64,000 nt of DNA from a virus. The translations under genes were made by a program, and so were the position numbers. Shown here in pieces: positions 8,407 to 18,383 of this stretch. Position 1 is the stretch's first letter; the number at the start of each line of letters is the position of its first letter. The notes under the pieces were generated by a model. That model was given only the letters and a program-made list of their open reading frames with translations, did no database searches and was not told where the DNA came from. The stretch spans positions 1-64,000 of IMG/VR virus record IMGVR_UViG_3300036715_001865; one strand, written 5' to 3'.

Positions 8407-9540
8407 TTATTCCCAAAAATATACCACATTGACACCAGTAACAAAATATTGCTTATAATCTGCAGGTGCATTATTATAATTATCTGCATCTACTGTTTTA
8501 CCACCTCTATCATAGTGACCTTCTACATTTACCATCCAGTGCCCATCGTGCCAATTTATACCTGCATTGATATCTTTAAAATATGCCCCTTGTGGAAATG
8601 TTGATGGTAATCGAGATTTATAATTATTATAGTTAAAACGCAAGGCTATGTTGTCAGTCACATCATATTCAACAGTTGTAGATGTACCTATAGCGATTTT
8701 ATCTAGTTGTGTCCAATTTACCCCAACTCGTTTGAACAGTTGTGTTTCAAAAGACATTGTCCAATCATCATATTTCCATTCAATTCCCTGATGAGTACCC
8801 TCGGCAATGATTGTTGATGGGTGTCTACTATCAACCAATATATTATTAGCAGCAAGACCATTAGGGTAATTTAATTCAAATCGCTCCCAACTAAATAGTG
8901 TTCGAATACTATACTCTGGAATTTCGTATTGCAAAGTAATTAATGGGTGGCCGAATGACATAGTCATTGGTCCAAGATTCTTACTAGTCCAGGCTTGACC
9001 ATCTTTAATGGGGTCAGCTACAACAGGTTTATCTAGTATAGTGGTTATTAATAAATTCTTATATTGAATATCTATACCAACCCCATTACCACTGGTGATT
9101 GTTTGTCCTAATTGATCCCAATAAATAGACTGCGGCTGAAAAACTCCTTGTCTAGTAAGAGGGTTGACTCTAGTGGAACTATATAAAGACCCATTATGTC
9201 TTAATTTTCCTAGTTTTGTGGTGACAACCAAATCATCTATAGGGATGGGCAATATATAATTCAACTGTGCAAATACCATTGCACTACTAAAGGTGGTACC
9301 ATACTTATACTGGTTAAAGAAAGTAAGATTGTCTGCAAATTTGATTGAGGTAGTAAGCCCTAATTCTGGGGACGATTTAATGTTTGAATATTTCACATTA
9401 GAGTTAATCTGCTTCCACCCCACATACCCACTAACATCCACCTGCACTCTATCAAATAATTCAAATTGTTGTGCTTCAACGACTGTACACAACATTCCCC
9501 ACATTATGATTATTGCTGTCAATAATCGGACTATATACAT
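8407..9540 (-). CDS. Putative outer-membrane beta-barrel (porin-like) protein
   Basis: Signal peptide ending ...VEA/QQ; alternating amphipathic beta-strands; BamA-type aromatic C-terminus VTGVNVVYFWE. Confidence 0.65.
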   Translation of the reverse strand: MYIVRLLTAIIIMWGMLCTVVEAQQFELFDRVQVDVSGYVGWKQINSNVKYSNIKSSPELGLTTSIKFADNLTFFNQYKYGTTFSSAMVFAQLNYILPIPIDDLVVTTKLGKLRHNGSLYSSTRVNPLTRQGVFQPQSIYWDQLGQTITSGNGVGIDIQYKNLLITTILDKPVVADPIKDGQAWTSKNLGPMTMSFGHPLITLQYEIPEYSIRTLFSWERFELNYPNGLAANNILVDSRHPSTIIAEGTHQGIEWKYDDWTMSFETQLFKRVGVNWTQLDKIAIGTSTTVEYDVTDNIALRFNYNNYKSRLPSTFPQGAYFKDINAGINWHDGHWMVNVEGHYDRGGKTVDADNYNNAPADYKQYFVTGVNVVYFWE

Positions 9541-9998
9541 CCTTTTAAGTCCTCGTCACATATGTGGATAATTTTTCCATTTAATAGTAATTCATAATTA
9601 ACATATCCAATAGAGCCTGGATGTGATTGTATAGCTATTAACATTTTTTGGTCATTTGTTACTTCTGTTACTGGGACTGCTCTTGCTGTATTAGTTGCTG
9701 ATAGAATACTTTGGGTGTATCTATATACGGACATATTTAACACCTGAGTTACAAAAATTTTATGTTCTATTGAGTCCAACGGTTTAGTAAACACAGTAAT
9801 TGCATCACCATTGGACCAACGTGTGTCCTTTAGTGTGAAAATACGCTGCACAGTAATTCTACGCATTCGAATATTGCTTCCAATATTGTAATTCGAAAAA
9901 ACGATAGTAGCCCCTTCGTCATCTGCATGTGTAGGATATACAACAAGTGATAACAATATAGTGATTACCATAACCAACACTACCCAAATAATTTTCAC
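9531..9998 (-). CDS. Small secreted periplasmic-binding-protein-like (PBP2-type) protein
   Basis: Signal peptide ending ...THA/DD; IFTLK.TRWSNG..ITVF...H..F...L and V...PGSIGYV, like the small PBP-like proteins paired with porins in proteobacteria. Confidence 0.6.
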   Translation of the reverse strand: MKIIWVVLVMVITILLSLVVYPTHADDEGATIVFSNYNIGSNIRMRRITVQRIFTLKDTRWSNGDAITVFTKPLDSIEHKIFVTQVLNMSVYRYTQSILSATNTARAVPVTEVTNDQKMLIAIQSHPGSIGYVNYELLLNGKIIHICDEDLKGCI

Positions 9999-10448
9999 TT
10001 ATTTGTCCTTCATTCGAGTTCTATTATACATCTGACTAACAGAATTATCTAATTCATCCACCCGATGTGATAGATTAGTTATAGATTCTTGTGTATGTGT
10101 AGCTTCTGTATCTGTTTTGGCTTGATTTAATTTATTAGATTCTTTTAATTCAGTTATATCCTTTTTTATTTGTTCTAGTATTAGATCAGTACTTACTTTC
10201 TGAGACATTACTTGTCCGTTTATATTATTCCAAGCTCCCAACACTGCTCCACCAACTGCTATAATAGCAAAGAACCCAGATGCTATTTGAGAAAGGGTAA
10301 ATGTTAATTTATCCCCAGTTGGTGGAGAATTAACTGAAGTGCTGCGAGAATCTGTCATATTTCTTGTGATGATATCCATCCGTTCTAACAATCTATCTAT
10401 TTGCTCAGATGATTGCCCATTGTTGGTAGGGGGATGATTGCCAGCCAT
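9999..10448 (-). CDS. Single-TM membrane protein with C-terminal coiled coil
   Basis: One hydrophobic helix (GFFAIIAVGGAVLGAW) followed by heptad repeats. Confidence 0.7.
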   Translation of the reverse strand: MAGNHPPTNNGQSSEQIDRLLERMDIITRNMTDSRSTSVNSPPTGDKLTFTLSQIASGFFAIIAVGGAVLGAWNNINGQVMSQKVSTDLILEQIKKDITELKESNKLNQAKTDTEATHTQESITNLSHRVDELDNSVSQMYNRTRMKDK

Positions 10449-10520
10449 AATAGTTCCTATGCATTACTTATTGTTTATATTTATCAATCTCTCTCGAATT
10501 TATCACATATTGACAGGCAC

Positions 10521-10548
10521 AAAAAAAGTAGCCTAGGCTACTTTTTTT
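10521..10548. terminator. Bidirectional intrinsic terminator
   Basis: AAAAAAAGTAGCCTAGGCTACTTTTTTT, a perfect palindrome with A/T tracts. Confidence 0.8.
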
Positions 10549-10566
10549 GTTGTTCGTGATATTATC

Positions 10567-12894
10567 TTACCACTCGTGTAATATTGTACCGTCACATATA
10601 AACGACAATGTTGTATTTGAATTTGCAGTAACATCAATAACTGGTGGTGTAGTTGCCCAACTAAACACAGTTGGGTCATAGGTCAGCACATGTCCACCTA
10701 CACTATCTTGTCTAACCATTATAATGACAATAGCACCTGCAATTAAATTGGTTGGAGCTGATAATATTGCATCTCCAGTAAGAGTCAACATTGCAAATGT
10801 TCCTTGAGATAAATCCCATAACACAGTTGGTGCCTCAACTAGAGTTAACACTTGATGGCTAAGAGCCTTTGTTGAAACTGCACCAAATATTACATTTGAA
10901 GTAGTGCTAATATTTTGTGGTAATGTTAATGTTGTATTGCCAGCAGTATGTGTAACATTAACTTGATCGGTAGTACCTACAATGTTTTTATATTCCCATA
11001 CTGATGCAGAAGCATTACTAACAGTTAAGAATTGATTAGTAGCTCCATCAACAGTTAAACCTGTTCCACCGTAAATTGGAGCAACCGCAGTTCCATTCCA
11101 AGTACCAGCAGTTATAGTACCAACTGTTGATATAGATGTTTGTCCAGTGTAATCACTTGCAATGTCCAAAGTTGGATTGCCAGCAACACCATCAGCATCC
11201 GAAACAGTAATTCTTGCTGTTGTACCCGTAATGTTTCTCGTAACCCAAGTATCAGCTGCAGAACGAACTGTTAATCCAGTAGTTGCAATACCTTCCACAG
11301 CAGCTAAGTCATTTGTTAAACCAAATGTCATATTGCCTGCAATTCCATCAGCATTTGTGATATTAAAACCTTCAGTTGGCGCGACCAATGAACGAGTTAC
11401 CCAAGTATCAGCTGCAGAACGAACTGTTAATCCAGTTGTTGTAATATTTTCAACAGCAGCTAAGTCATTTGTTAAACCAAATGTCACATTACCTGCAACA
11501 CCGTCTGCATTGGTAATATTAATACCTTCAGTTGGTGCGACCAATGAACGAGTTACCCAAGTATCAGCTGCAGAACGAACTGTTAATCCAGTTGTTGTGA
11601 TGCCTTCAACAGCAGCTAAGTCATTTGTTAAACCAAATGTCATATTACCAGCAATACCATCAGCATTGGTGATGTTAAAACCAGTTGCTGGTGCAACTAA
11701 TGAACGAGCAATACCAGTATGATTGGTATCCATGACAACCAAACCACCTGTAGTAGCAGTTAATGTATCCAAGAAAGTATTTTCACTTGTTGTTAAGTGA
11801 AGGGTCATATCTGTGCTATGTGCACCAGCAGAAGTAAATCTTGGATCATTATCACCAACAACAATTGGGTCTGCAGGATCCACAGCTGCAACACTCAAAC
11901 GAGCAGTTCCAGGGTTTGTGGATGTCATTGGGTCATTAACAGTATTCAAGAATAATGTTGATGGGCGCAATAAAATAGTATGCTTGTCAACAACAGCAGC
12001 AACAGGAATTGGAGTAAGAGGTAAATCAGGTGTTAAATATCCATTAATGTCTACATATAACGGAGCATTTACTCCTGCACTGGTCCAATCCCAAGCAATG
12101 TTTTCAATAAGACCTTCTAATGTAACATTAACAATGCTACCCATTGGAGCACTATAATCAACAATACCATAGGTTCCGTTGTCCACCAAATAATTGTTGG
12201 TAACAGATACCTTATTAAAATCAACAAATCTCACAATTGTAAATGCAGGAATATTACTCATTGCCTCTGCTTCAATTACAATACTTCCCATTTTCACGTG
12301 TGAACTGGAAGCAATACCCGTAACGGCCAGGTCTTCAGTGGTAAAGAATGTTCCGCCACTTTTAGTAATAGGTTTACCAGTAACAGCATCAAAAACTAAT
12401 GCACCAGAATTGATGTCACAATTGCTCAAACTACCAACTTGTGTTCCAGTAAACACAGGAGCATTTATACTCATACTAACAATTACAGACCCACCATTTA
12501 ATTGTGCCGCAAATAAACGAATTTTACGAATCCAACTTGAACCTGACCACACTTTAAACGTGTTAGTCAATGTGTCAAACCAAGTTTGTCCAGCTTGTGG
12601 AGTGGATGGTGCAACTTGTGATTCCACAGGTGCTAACGTTGTATGTCCAAACGTTCTTACCCCAGTAAGAATATTGATATCAAAATATAACCAATAATTA
12701 ATACCACTGACGAACGGCCCTGCCCACGCATTAGTAACGGTCATGCGTTCTGTCAATAGATAATTACTATCACCATCAGCAAAGGTAGCAATTAAAGTAT
12801 CTGCTGGTGGGATGGATAAGCTGACTTTGCCACCTGAAAGACTTAAAAAATTTGTAGGTACTCGAATAAGCCCTTGTCTAAAATGTGTTTTCAT
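10567..12894 (-). CDS. Tail-fibre-like structural protein with 52-aa internal repeats
   Basis: N-terminal ~330 aa paralogous to 12970..16158; Thr/Gly-rich repeats; distinct C-terminal beta domain. Confidence 0.7.
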   Translation of the reverse strand: MKTHFRQGLIRVPTNFLSLSGGKVSLSIPPADTLIATFADGDSNYLLTERMTVTNAWAGPFVSGINYWLYFDINILTGVRTFGHTTLAPVESQVAPSTPQAGQTWFDTLTNTFKVWSGSSWIRKIRLFAAQLNGGSVIVSMSINAPVFTGTQVGSLSNCDINSGALVFDAVTGKPITKSGGTFFTTEDLAVTGIASSSHVKMGSIVIEAEAMSNIPAFTIVRFVDFNKVSVTNNYLVDNGTYGIVDYSAPMGSIVNVTLEGLIENIAWDWTSAGVNAPLYVDINGYLTPDLPLTPIPVAAVVDKHTILLRPSTLFLNTVNDPMTSTNPGTARLSVAAVDPADPIVVGDNDPRFTSAGAHSTDMTLHLTTSENTFLDTLTATTGGLVVMDTNHTGIARSLVAPATGFNITNADGIAGNMTFGLTNDLAAVEGITTTGLTVRSAADTWVTRSLVAPTEGINITNADGVAGNVTFGLTNDLAAVENITTTGLTVRSAADTWVTRSLVAPTEGFNITNADGIAGNMTFGLTNDLAAVEGIATTGLTVRSAADTWVTRNITGTTARITVSDADGVAGNPTLDIASDYTGQTSISTVGTITAGTWNGTAVAPIYGGTGLTVDGATNQFLTVSNASASVWEYKNIVGTTDQVNVTHTAGNTTLTLPQNISTTSNVIFGAVSTKALSHQVLTLVEAPTVLWDLSQGTFAMLTLTGDAILSAPTNLIAGAIVIIMVRQDSVGGHVLTYDPTVFSWATTPPVIDVTANSNTTLSFICDGTILHEW
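11160..11710 (-). repeat. 156-bp (52-aa) tandem repeat, three copies plus a partial fourth
   Basis: ACCCAAGTATCAGCTGCAGAACGAACTGTTAATCCAGT recurs at ~11243, 11399 and 11555. Confidence 0.9.
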
Positions 12895-12969
12895 TAATTT
12901 TCTCCATTATTGAAATGATGCAAGTATTTATCGTCAGTGGGTAAGTATTTAAGATATTTTAAAATTTTA

Positions 12970-15900
12970 TTACGCATAATGTGCCCAAGTTGATGTTGGT
13001 TGATAAATTGAACCTAAACTTGTGGTGGTAATCGATATATCTATGCAATTAATTTCTGTTGGAGTGTCAACTTTCAAAACTCCCATCATAACAACATCTC
13101 CAACATCTATTCCAATATGAGTCATAGAGGCTCCTCTATTAACTACTCCCACATTACTATCTTGTGCAAAGTCTATTTGACACAATGTTCCTTTATTTTC
13201 AACAATAACAAATACAGATATCGCATTTGTTGGTGCAGCAATGTTCGGAACTACTGTACGAACCGCTTTGGTTGTATAATACAATGATGATGCAGTACAC
13301 TGTATAGCAGATACATGGCGGTCAAATACATATATATCAGAAGATACATCTGTAAGCAATGTTGTTGGAACAAGAGTTTTTGTATATAATGATATTGGAT
13401 ATGGACATACGGATTGTGCTCCTTTTGAAGATCCAATAGCCACACTATTATTACCTCTTGCAGAAATTTGTGTCCACTCGTTTGATCTACCTATTTGGAT
13501 AAATTTATCACTATCAATTAAACTACCAGTTCCTAATTGTCCAAAGTTATTGCGTCCACATGCCCATATAGTTCCATCATATTGTGTTACCATTATATGC
13601 CCATATCCACACACAACTGACGAGTAATTAGTATAGCGGGGGTTGTCTGCTATAGTTCCACCTCTTATCATAACAGTAGAGTCGCCCACAATTCCATTCC
13701 CAAATACTCCAGTATCATTACCTCCTGACACATACAACTCACCTGAACTGGTTACTGCCGCCGTTATAATATCTCCACATGCAACAGAAACAATAGGCGT
13801 GACCATAGTATCCACAATACCCAACAATGGCCAAATTACAACTGATGAATTACCTAAAGTTCCATTCCCAAGTTGGCCTCTGCTATTATCACCCCAAGTT
13901 GCTACATCGTTGTATATGCCACTAATTGCCGCATTGTGAAGTGACCCACAAGATATTGCAGTCCAACCAATTGGTTCCGACAAATTGGTTTGGACAAATA
14001 TATTAGAATCCCCCACAATCCCATCCCCCAACTGCCAAAAATTGTTGCTACCACAGGTCATAATATATCCAACAGATGTACCAACGATACAAACTGAGTG
14101 GTCTGTTCCACCTGCTACATGTATAACTTTATTATCCCAACTAATATTTGGTGAAGTAATGGTTACTAATGTAGGGACGGCAACATATGTATCTATAATA
14201 CCCAATCCCAACTGCCCCATGTTATTTGATCCAAATGTCCACAGTGTTCCATCAGTTTTGACTGCCAATGTGTGGTAATCTCCACAAGACACAAACGACC
14301 AATCTGTCTCTAAATTAACTTGTATGGGATAAACTTCCTGATTAGGATATGGGCTTTCTCCACCACCTTCTAATGGGATTCCTAATTGTCCATAATCATT
14401 ATTTCCCCAAGCCCACATTGTTCCATCTTGTGCAATCGCCACAGTATGAGCTAAACCACTAGATACTACAGACCACATTTTATCATGTAGTGGAAGGACT
14501 GAACCTAGTTGGTTATCATACTTAGTTATTAATGAAGCACCAAGCGTGTAAGTAGGAGCACCAGCAGATAAGTGCCAAGGTGTGGATTTATATACAAATG
14601 GTCCATTACCGATTTGACCACTGTCATTATCTCCAAATGTCCATACCCCATTAGATGAGCCACCAACTGAAGGAAAAGCTATAGGAACAGTGTGGGCAGC
14701 AATAACCTGTCCTTTTGCTGTTACTGTTAATACTGGTACACTCGTAGCACTTCCGAAACTTCCAACATCTGTGTTCACAGTTGCTAATGTTGTTACAATA
14801 TTTGTAGTACCAGAACCGGTAACGTCTTGAGTTAGGTTAATAGTGTGTGGCACAATTGGAGTATTTGCCCATACTTCACCATTCCAAATTAAAGCATCAT
14901 TAATGGTTGGGGATGGAACGGTTACATCACCTAAACTACCTAACCCTCTATCAGCTAATTGATGAAGTTGGGTATGTACCGTTGTGCCGGTTAAAAATTT
15001 ATAAGAATCTGTAGTTATTATAGTAGATGGATGTGTTGCTGGATGTGTATATGGTTGCAATCTTGGATCATTATCTCCAACGGCTATTGGGTTATTGGCG
15101 TCAGTAGCTGGTAATGACAATTTGGTTATTCCAAACAATATATCTGTTGCTAGAGGCACACCACTTGTGCCATTATCACCTGTTTGTCCTTTATCGCCTA
15201 ATCCTTGATCAAAAAATATTGAAGTAGGTGATAATACACGGGCAACCGGTACTTTTCCAACTGGATGTATAATAGGGTCGACAAGGAATGGATCAGTTTC
15301 GGTTAATAGTCCGAATCCATCAATCCACAGTGCTGCACCAACATTAGTAAATGCCCACTGTGGGTTAGTAATAACACCTTGAACACACAATGTGCCAGTT
15401 TCCTGTTGTAGAATGTCTTCCATTGACATAGCAATCATGGTTGTTTGTGTATCGTTATATTGAGCTAACTGGATGTGCCCAAACTCTGTATATTTTACCA
15501 CTTGATATCTCGCAACATTTTCTAACGCAGATGCTGATATAATATTGGCTTCTAATCTAATAACATTTACTGGAGACCCATTAACAAAAAAATCATCTTC
15601 GGTAGTAAAAAATTTACCATTAACTCGTCTAATTGGAGCACCAACATTATCAATTAAAATTCTTCCTGTTATAACTCCAGGTGCAGATAATCCTACTTGA
15701 GTTCCGGCAAAGGAATGAGATGGGTCTGACCCCATACCTGTAAAAACATTATTCTTTACTTTTGCAGCAAACACCCTAATAACTTCTAACCACCCACCTA
15801 AGTAATATACATACATCAGTTTAGTTGTTGTATTGAACCAATGCTGCCCTTCAATTCCTATTGGAGGAATGCCACCAAATATAGGAGCTACTGTGGTTAT

Positions 15901-16158
15901 CCCAAATGTTCTTGTAGCTGTGCGCAGGTTAATATCCCAATATAGCCAAGTATCAACATTAACTTGTATAGGCCCCCATGCATTAGCAACATCGGAAGAT
16001 TCAGAGTGCAAATAATTTTCTGTTCCGTGTGAGAAGGTTACATCAGTTCTGCCATTACTGGTCAATAACGAAACATATGCACCAGTTCTAGCTAAGAAAG
16101 ATTGTTGTGTTTGAAACAGTGGATATGTGATAATCCCTTGTTGGAAGTCTATATTCAT
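12970..16158 (-). CDS. Tail-fibre-like protein with RCC1-type beta-propeller repeats
   Basis: Repeated VS.G..HT.A...DGT.W.WG.N..GQLG units in the C-terminal half; N-terminus shared with 10567..12894. Confidence 0.8.
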   Translation of the reverse strand: MNIDFQQGIITYPLFQTQQSFLARTGAYVSLLTSNGRTDVTFSHGTENYLHSESSDVANAWGPIQVNVDTWLYWDINLRTATRTFGITTVAPIFGGIPPIGIEGQHWFNTTTKLMYVYYLGGWLEVIRVFAAKVKNNVFTGMGSDPSHSFAGTQVGLSAPGVITGRILIDNVGAPIRRVNGKFFTTEDDFFVNGSPVNVIRLEANIISASALENVARYQVVKYTEFGHIQLAQYNDTQTTMIAMSMEDILQQETGTLCVQGVITNPQWAFTNVGAALWIDGFGLLTETDPFLVDPIIHPVGKVPVARVLSPTSIFFDQGLGDKGQTGDNGTSGVPLATDILFGITKLSLPATDANNPIAVGDNDPRLQPYTHPATHPSTIITTDSYKFLTGTTVHTQLHQLADRGLGSLGDVTVPSPTINDALIWNGEVWANTPIVPHTINLTQDVTGSGTTNIVTTLATVNTDVGSFGSATSVPVLTVTAKGQVIAAHTVPIAFPSVGGSSNGVWTFGDNDSGQIGNGPFVYKSTPWHLSAGAPTYTLGASLITKYDNQLGSVLPLHDKMWSVVSSGLAHTVAIAQDGTMWAWGNNDYGQLGIPLEGGGESPYPNQEVYPIQVNLETDWSFVSCGDYHTLAVKTDGTLWTFGSNNMGQLGLGIIDTYVAVPTLVTITSPNISWDNKVIHVAGGTDHSVCIVGTSVGYIMTCGSNNFWQLGDGIVGDSNIFVQTNLSEPIGWTAISCGSLHNAAISGIYNDVATWGDNSRGQLGNGTLGNSSVVIWPLLGIVDTMVTPIVSVACGDIITAAVTSSGELYVSGGNDTGVFGNGIVGDSTVMIRGGTIADNPRYTNYSSVVCGYGHIMVTQYDGTIWACGRNNFGQLGTGSLIDSDKFIQIGRSNEWTQISARGNNSVAIGSSKGAQSVCPYPISLYTKTLVPTTLLTDVSSDIYVFDRHVSAIQCTASSLYYTTKAVRTVVPNIAAPTNAISVFVIVENKGTLCQIDFAQDSNVGVVNRGASMTHIGIDVGDVVMMGVLKVDTPTEINCIDISITTTSLGSIYQPTSTWAHYA

Positions 16159-16215
16159 AATTGATTGTCCTATAACAGTATATCATATTTATGAATATAG
16201 GCGTAGAATGGTTAT

Positions 16216-16998
16216 TTACAAATAAGCACACAGTGCTCTTATTTCAACAGACCCACGTGTATATCCAGCTTGCAAAGCTGTGCACCCACTAAACAATGAC
16301 GACACCATAAAATACCACCACGTTTTTACCGTTTGGGTAATAACATGGTTACCGTTAGTTAGAGTAGCCAAATTAGCATTTGATGAATTGTATACTACTG
16401 TTGTATATTTTTTATCTAGTTCTGTTGCTGAGGTGGTGAGGGTAACTAGTGCATATGTTGCCGTCCCAGCGGTTGCAGCAATATACATTGGAATGGTATA
16501 CGATATTACCCACATTCCCACTGGTACTAATAATCCAGCAGCTGCTGGGACAGAATTTAACAAATAATACCAAGCATTAGCAGTTGTTCCTCCGGTGCCC
16601 CAAGTGGTGGTAGTATCCATGAATAAAACTGTCCACTTTTCTGGATTTAGTGGAAATCCAAGTGGGGATTTCATATTACTATAACTGGCTGCCGTTATGG
16701 TGTTATTTGTTAGTGTATAATCTGTCCCACCATAGACAGTTATCAAGGTAGTACTACCTGAATATGCTCCTATTGCTGTTACTATAAAATATTTTACAGT
16801 AGCTGATTGGGTTAGTTGTATTTTAGAGCCTAACGACAAGTATAAATTTGCATCATTTGGTAACAAAAACTGAAACGTTGGGGCATCAGAAAATGTATAT
16901 GAACACGTTGCTAATGGGATCCACATGAGGTATGCTGTTGTTTGGTTGGTATTATCTGGATAAGTTATACCTGTTGTTCCACTTATTGTTGTTGTCAT
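16216..16998 (-). CDS. Putative tail fibre / receptor-binding protein
   Basis: N-terminus MTTTISGTTGITYPD is shared with the next gene; lies in the fibre cluster. Confidence 0.55.
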   Translation of the reverse strand: MTTTISGTTGITYPDNTNQTTAYLMWIPLATCSYTFSDAPTFQFLLPNDANLYLSLGSKIQLTQSATVKYFIVTAIGAYSGSTTLITVYGGTDYTLTNNTITAASYSNMKSPLGFPLNPEKWTVLFMDTTTTWGTGGTTANAWYYLLNSVPAAAGLLVPVGMWVISYTIPMYIAATAGTATYALVTLTTSATELDKKYTTVVYNSSNANLATLTNGNHVITQTVKTWWYFMVSSLFSGCTALQAGYTRGSVEIRALCAYL

Positions 16999-17013
16999 AT
17001 TATAATCCTATTG

Positions 17014-17961
17014 TTAAAGTTCCATGCCCAATACTTCCACATCACAAGCAGAGTAACCACTACCTGTTGCCGTAATTACCGAATAAAGTCGAAAGGACTG
17101 TATTTGAATAATATTTATCGTAGCATTGCCTGAATTTGAATTATTGAAGTTTGTTATTGATATTGTAGATGGGACTATTCTCGGAGTGACAACATACACA
17201 AACTGTGCAAAAACCCACGAACCCGACACCCCATATCCACTAACTATAATATTAGTATACCGTTGGTAATATCGCTGACACCCAAGTAACTCCGTCACAG
17301 GAGACACAAACTCAAACGGAGTCGCAACACCTCCTTTTTCAAATTGAACATTTTCAATTTTGAATGTTCCAGATATTTGAGCCCCAACTGTAAATAATAT
17401 TTCTATACCTGTTGTGGCTGCTGATGGAATGGATATTTGTGTTGTATATCGTGCCATAGTACTGTTTACCGTGAAACTTCCAGTTGCTATTTGTGTCTTT
17501 GTTGGTGTACCTATTGTACCGAATGTATTAGTAGTGGTTGCATATGATGCTGTCCATGATACAGTGGTTAATAGGGAATTTGACAAATTCACCGATAAAG
17601 TGGCTGTGCTACCAATTAAATCATAACAATTTATAGCCTCAATTCGTTGTCCAACTCCAATAGCAGTAACACTAGCTGCTCCTGCAATGGATAACCCATT
17701 CATAGATGATGATTGTCCTACGACTTGGGATGCTACCACATTAGCTCCTGTGCTATATATAAAAAATCTATCCACACATGGGTATCCAGTTGTACTGGTA
17801 GGTACTGCCGTACCAGCAGTAACTGTAGCAGAAGTTGACCGTTGTGCTACTTTCATACCACCATTTATTATTCTGTTTCTAAATCCAGTGTACCCAACTG
17901 TATTTTGTATTGAACTATCAGGAAAAGTTATTCCATTGGTTCCATCAATTGATATTGTCAT
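17014..17961 (-). CDS. Tail fibre protein with carbohydrate-binding-like domain
   Basis: RNRIINGGM.VAQR...DRF and EL..CQRYYQ motifs; paralog of 18384..19448. Confidence 0.65.
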   Translation of the reverse strand: MTISIDGTNGITFPDSSIQNTVGYTGFRNRIINGGMKVAQRSTSATVTAGTAVPTSTTGYPCVDRFFIYSTGANVVASQVVGQSSSMNGLSIAGAASVTAIGVGQRIEAINCYDLIGSTATLSVNLSNSLLTTVSWTASYATTTNTFGTIGTPTKTQIATGSFTVNSTMARYTTQISIPSAATTGIEILFTVGAQISGTFKIENVQFEKGGVATPFEFVSPVTELLGCQRYYQRYTNIIVSGYGVSGSWVFAQFVYVVTPRIVPSTISITNFNNSNSGNATINIIQIQSFRLYSVITATGSGYSACDVEVLGMEL

Positions 17962-17962
17962 A

Positions 17963-18373
17963 TTATATTTCCTCTATATCTTGGATTGGAGCAACTAGTA
18001 CTTTTGTTTCTCTATCATTACTGATTGCCCGCTCATTTTCAATGACTCCCCAAACAGCTTGTATATTAGCCAAAGTGGTCAACTCATCTGGTGATAGTGT
18101 AATTCCATCTACTTTTTTATTAACAATATACAAAGCTGTGGCTAACATATTGCGTTGTTTGATATCATCAGCCACACGAATAATGTTAGCATATGCCTCT
18201 GTTTTGATTTCCTTAATTTTATTTGCACGTTGCTCATCCTCAGAAAATTCTGGATCTGGAATATTGCCTTCAATTAATAACCAAGCTTGATATTCTTCCC
18301 AATCAGTGTTTCCTGGGGCATTTGGAATCCACTTGTCTTCTAATAATACCCCTGTTGCTGTTAGTTTATACAT
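17963..18373 (-). CDS. Putative tail fibre assembly chaperone
   Basis: IP..PGNTDW.EY..WL..GN.P motif followed by helical segments; sits between fibre genes. Confidence 0.55.
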   Translation of the reverse strand: MYKLTATGVLLEDKWIPNAPGNTDWEEYQAWLLIEGNIPDPEFSEDEQRANKIKEIKTEAYANIIRVADDIKQRNMLATALYIVNKKVDGITLSPDELTTLANIQAVWGVIENERAISNDRETKVLVAPIQDIEEI

Positions 18374-18383
18374 TGCAGTCTCC

